From Vitrella brassicaformis CCMP3155 (taxonomy: Eukaryota > Protista > Chromerida): a stretch of 64,000 bases of DNA. Position 1 is the first letter of the stretch. The number at the start of each line of letters is the position of its first letter. This document shows positions 59,546 through 64,000 of this stretch, one piece after another. Location of the stretch: assembly GCA_001179505.1 (NCBI GenBank), contig CDMY01000311.1, positions 62,001 through 126,000 of the forward strand, read 5' to 3'. Made by a program: the position numbers and the translations under genes. The notes beneath the pieces are model-generated. The model worked only from the letters and a program-made list of their open reading frames with translations. It searched no databases and was not told the DNA's origin.

Positions 59546-61604
59546 CTTCGGTCGACAGATCTCGCCACCTTGCACCGGGAAGTGAAGCGGTCGTGGAGAA
59601 GAGAGGGAGAGAGCTGTCGAGAGCCAAGTTGAAGGGTTTTGCGAGATCGCAGGGTTTCAAACCCTGGTTTGCGAGAGGAAAAGGATGAGAATGCAGCGCT
59701 CCTCGTGTGTGCATCCGCGTCCCTCATACGGCTTTGTGCCGTACCAGCCCGCTGTGTACCACCCCATGCCCCCCTTGCATGCCTTATCTGGAGCGCCGGC
59801 GGCCGCACTGCCCATGAGAGGCTTCTACTACCACCCGCCGCCGCCTCCATACCCCCCTGCTGGCTGGAGCAGCTTCAGCGCCCACCCGAAGCCACGCCGC
59901 ATGGTCCCTCCCACCACCAGAAGGGCTGCCCAGCACCCTCCCATCGCCGCATCGATGCGGCCACACCATCGGCAGCCAGCACAGCCACGGGAGGCCATCG
60001 GTTATGTCGGCCGGGGCCAGCAGGGGTCAGAGAAGGGAGAGGGGATGGGATTCGTGTATGCATGTTGCGGCGGCCAGCCGCATCGCCGGGAGAGGGAGAG
60101 CGCGGCGGAGCTCGTCGTCGGGGAGGAGGAGGGCATCGAGGAGGCTTCGGTTGACAGATCTCGCCACCTTGCACCGGGAAGTGAAGCGGTCGTGGAGAAG
60201 AGAGGGAGAGAGCTGTCGAGAGCCAAGTTGAAGGGTTTTGCGAGATCGCAGGGTTTCAAACCCTGGTTTGCGAGAGGAAAAGGATGNNNNNNNNNNNNNN
60301 NNNNNNNNNNNNNNNNNNNNNNNNNNNNNNNNNNNNNNNNNNNNNNNNNNNNNNNNNNNNNNNNNNNNNNNNNNNNNNNNNNNNNNNNNNNNNNNNNNNN
60401 NNNNNNNNNNNNNNNNNNNNNNNNNNNNNNNNNNNNNNNNNNNNNNNNNNNNNNNNNNNNNNNNNNNNNNNNNNNNNNNNNNNNNNNNNNNNNNNNNNNN
60501 NNNNNNNNNNNNNNNNNNNNNNNNNNNNNNNNNNNNNNNNNNNNNNNNNNNNNNNNNNNNNNNNNNNNNNNNNNNNNNNNNNNNNNAAGGATGAGAATGC
60601 AGCGCTCGTCGTGTGTGCATCCGCGTCCCTCATACGGCTTTGTGCCGTACCAGCCCGCTGTGTACCACCCCATGCCCCCCTTGCATGCCTTATCTGGAGC
60701 GCCGGCGGCCGCACTGCCCATGAGAGGCTTCTACTACCACCCGCCGCCGCCTCCATACCCCCCTGCTGGCTGGAGCAGCTTCAGCGCCCACCCGAAGCCA
60801 CGCCGCATGGTCCCTCCCACCACCAGAAGGGCTGCCCAGCACCCTCCCATCGCCGCATCGATGCGGCCACACCATCGGCAGCCAGCACAGCCACGGGAGG
60901 CCATCGGTTATGTCGGCCGGGGCCAGCAGGGGTCAGAGAAGGGAGAGGGGATGGGATTCGTGTATGCATGTTGCGGCGGCCAGCCGCATCGCCGGGAGAG
61001 GGAGAGCGCGGCGGAGCTCGTCGTCGGGGAGGAGGAGGGCATCGAGGAGGCTTCGGTTGACAGATCTCGCCACCTTGCACCGGGAAGTGAAGGAGCTGTG
61101 GAGAGCCAAGTTGAAGGGTTTTGCGAGATCGCAGGGTTTGAAACCCTGGTTCGCGAGAGGAAAAGGATGAGAATGCAGCGCTCGTCGTGTGTGCATCCGC
61201 GTCCCTCATACGGCTTTGTGCCGTACCAGCCCGCTGTGTACCACCCCATGCCCCCCTTGCATGCCTTATCTGGAGCGCCGGCGGCCGCACTGCCCATGAG
61301 AGGCTTCTACTACCACCCGCCGCCGCCTCCATACCCCCCTGCTGGCTGGAGCAGCTTCAGCGCCCACCCGAAGCCACGCCGCATGGTCCCTCCCACCACC
61401 AGAAGTGCTGCCCAGCACCCTCCCATCGCCGCATCGATGCGGCCACACCATCGGCAGCCAGCACAGCCACGGGAGGCCATCGGTTATGTCGGCCGGGGCC
61501 AGCAGGGGTCAGAGAAGGGAGAGGGGATGGGATTCGTGTATGCATGTTGCGGCGGCCAGCCGCATCGCTGGGAGAGGGAGAGCGCGGCGGAGCTCGTCGT
61601 CGGG
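59546..61604 (+). repeat. Tandem array of a 576-599 bp unit (at least 3 near-identical copies, interrupted by an N gap)
   Basis: The unit marker AAGGATG(AGAATGCAGCGCTC) recurs with its ATG at 59685, 60284 (cut by the gap), 60591 and 61167. Copies differ by a few SNPs and a 23-bp indel. Confidence 0.9.
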
Positions 61605-61640
61605 GATTTGATTGTCATCTTCTGAGATGAACCATTCTCG

Positions 61641-64000
61641 ATGGCGGACTTGTTCGGCGAGCCGGCCGATAGTATCGTCGCAGTGGAGGATGTCTTCAGT
61701 GAGCCGGCCGCCGCCAACTTTGCAGCCAGGGGCAGGACAACAACCGCACCACCCAAGCAGCCCCGAGAAGACTCGCCGCCGCCATCGCCAACCTCAAGCA
61801 GCCGCACACCGTCCCCGCCCGCATCGCCAGCACAACCAGTCGTCCCCGCCACCTCGCCAGCGGCCGCGAACCAGCCCTCCCACCATCTCAAGCTGGACAA
61901 CTTCAGGTTCTTCGAGGCCACCAAGGGGCTGCTGCGCGGGGGGAGGGGCGACTTTGACGTGACAGCGGGCCGTGTGGTGTCGGTCGACGGCGGCGAGCAG
62001 GAGGCCATCTTGAACGCCATGTCCAGGGAGGCCGAGAAGACGGCCGGGTGGAGGGGGGAGAGAGGACGCCGGCAGGTCGGCCAACTCACCCACCGGCTGC
62101 GGTGGGAGGCGGTCCGCTTGGAGGAGCTCAGCCAGGAGCCCGCCATGCCGCCCCAGCCGCAGTTGGTCTACGAGCCGACCACAGGTGCGGTGTCCCGCCA
62201 GGGCACTCGCCGGATGGTGCCCGAGGTGCTGGCCATCGTGTCGGACGCCGAGGAGCTGCGGCCGCACATCACGGTGGTCGACGACGAGAAGGAGGAGACC
62301 CCCAAGGTAGAGGAAGAGGGAGGGACTGAGGGAGGAAGGTGTGTGAGCCAAACCAACCACATGGTTCTCTCTCTCTCTCTCTGTCGTGTCCCCTCCCTCC
62401 CTCCCCCTCCTCCGTGCATTGCAGATGCGCCGTCGTGGGTTCCTGCGCTGGCCGTGGCGCTGCCTAGGAGCTGCCGACAAGTGCGGCAAGACCGAGCCGG
62501 CTGCCGAGGGGCTGGGGCTCATCATGGAGCGGGTGCCCAACGGCCAGGACGTCGAGACCTACAGCTGGACCAGCAGCAGAGACCCCTCCCATCCCCTCCT
62601 GGATGACGTCATCAGCGTCAATGCCGTGGAGCAGATGGTCGCCATGCATGGCCGTGGCCTCAGCCACAACGACCTGCACGGGCGCAACATCTTGCTCCGC
62701 GGCACCAGGGGGGAGGTGGCCATCATCGACACCGAGAGCGTCGGCCTCCTCTCGCCAGACCACCCCGCCAGCGGCCAGGCCCCCCCGCACATCACCAACC
62801 CGCCCNNNNNNNNNNNNNNNNNNNNNNNNNNNNNNNNNNNNNNNNNNNNNNNNNNNNNNNNNNNNNNNNNNNNNNNNNNNNNNNNNNNNNNNNNNNNNNN
62901 NNNNNNNNNNNNNNNNNNNNNNNNNNNNNNNNNNNNNNNNNNNNNNNNNNNNNNNNNNNNNNNNNNNNNNNNNNNNNNNNNNNNNNNNNNNNNNNNNNNN
63001 NNNNNNNNNNNNNNNNNNNNNNNNNNNNNNNNNNNNNNNNNNNNNNNNNNNNNNNNNNNNNNNNNNNNNNNNNNNNNNNNNNNNNNNNNNNNNNNNNNNN
63101 NNNNNACCCTGGACTGGATCCGGACGCGCCATCGGGCAAAGCGGGAGGTGCTGGCCGGGACGGCAGACAAGATCCCGCTGACGCCCAACGACAACGTCGC
63201 CAGCGACTACCTCTGCATGGCCTGGACCGTCCTGCTGCTCGCCATCCCCTCCTACCGCGTTGGCAACGTGCTTTACGACGCGGCGAAGAAGGTCAAGGCC
63301 ATGCTCGACAAGCTTATTGGCAAGAGCGGCGTCACGGAGGGCCGGCTGGAGGCCGAGTATATCCAGGCCTTGACGAAGGCCTACGACGACGCCTGGGATT
63401 ACTCAACGAGGGAGGGGCGGACCGCCAAGCTGCCGGCATTTGAGTTTTTCCGGAAGGTGGCCATCTACGGCCACCTGATGGACGAGGAGGCGCTCAGGAG
63501 GGCGGCCGACGACTTTTGCGCCAAGACGATCGCAGGTATGTCTCTGCGTGAGCATGTAGCCAGGCACACAGTGCACTCACACCCGGCGAATTCGATCGCA
63601 TGTCTGTGTGCTTGCTTGAAGGGATGGAAGTGGACGAGTTGTCGACCACCGCTGCAGCGTCGCCCGCCTCCTCCCCCGTATGCCCCGAGTGACTCAAGGA
63701 CACCACAGACGAGGGGTAAGGCGGCGTGGGGTTGCCGAGTGAGCAGCAGATCGAGATGCGGGTGCAGGGGGTCATCGAACAGGCCTATGAGGAGCTGGTG
63801 GAGCCCACCAAACACGAGGAGGAGGCCGCCCGAGAGGCCGCCATAGCCGCACAGCCTGCCGTAGTCACAACTGAGGTGGAGGTCGAGGTGGCCGCATTCG
63901 AGTACGAGGCGCTGCCCGTGCTGCTGCCATCAGCTGAGGGGGAGGGCCAGAGAGAGACGCCGACACAAGAAGAGCAGATACCCGAGAAGCAGCCGGAGGA
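61641..64000 (+). CDS. Atypical protein-kinase-like protein, 3' truncated, with an N gap inside
   Basis: Pro/Ser-rich N-terminus, then GLIMERV (hinge), HGRGLSHNDLHGRNILL (catalytic loop) and AIIDTE (in the DFG position). Confidence 0.7.

Noticed and set aside
59685-61625. 646-aa ORF in the ORF track
   Set aside because: It is held open by 300 Ns. The first repeat junction (599 bp) is out of frame, so it is not evidence of one protein.
1-64000. Transposons, CRISPR arrays, rRNA/tRNA genes, prokaryotic operons or contamination
   Set aside because: No RT, integrase or transposase motifs, no repeat-spacer arrays and no recognisable structural RNA. Spliceosomal introns occur throughout, including in the genes with bacterial-like domains (GAF, M1PDH).

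Overview
This is GC-rich, very intron-dense eukaryotic DNA with five 300-N placeholder gaps. I infer a photosynthetic alveolate with a complex red plastid, most likely the chromerid Vitrella brassicaformis. The inference rests on an LHC and a Rieske oxygenase with bipartite plastid presequences and on short introns packed with CA/TG microsatellites. About 21 protein genes could be reconstructed by splicing by eye, so exon boundaries are approximate. Recognisable genes: mannitol-1-phosphate dehydrogenase, CCCH zinc finger, F-box/LRR, plastid-type SAM carrier, WD40, GMP reductase, IQ-motif protein, ankyrin-like protein, UNC119, PAO/Tic55-like Rieske oxygenase, UAP1, EEF1AKMT4-like methyltransferase, LHC, GAF-membrane protein, CBL-type Ca sensor and an atypical kinase. 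Most interesting: (1) a ~10 kb gene for a large secreted modular protein (4 unrecognised Cys domains, HGEMP exon repeats, Gly-rich DYSQY region, C4C tail), a candidate wall or matrix protein; (2) an octamer AGCTCGCA that marks most promoters, many of them 70-270 bp bidirectional spacers; (3) introns with complementary (AC)n 5' and (GT)n 3' ends; (4) head-to-head telomere-unit palindromes in promoters; (5) a GAP-43-like acylated IQ protein, a GAF-only membrane protein and a plant-type CBL. No rRNA, tRNA, CRISPR array or recognisable transposon was seen.
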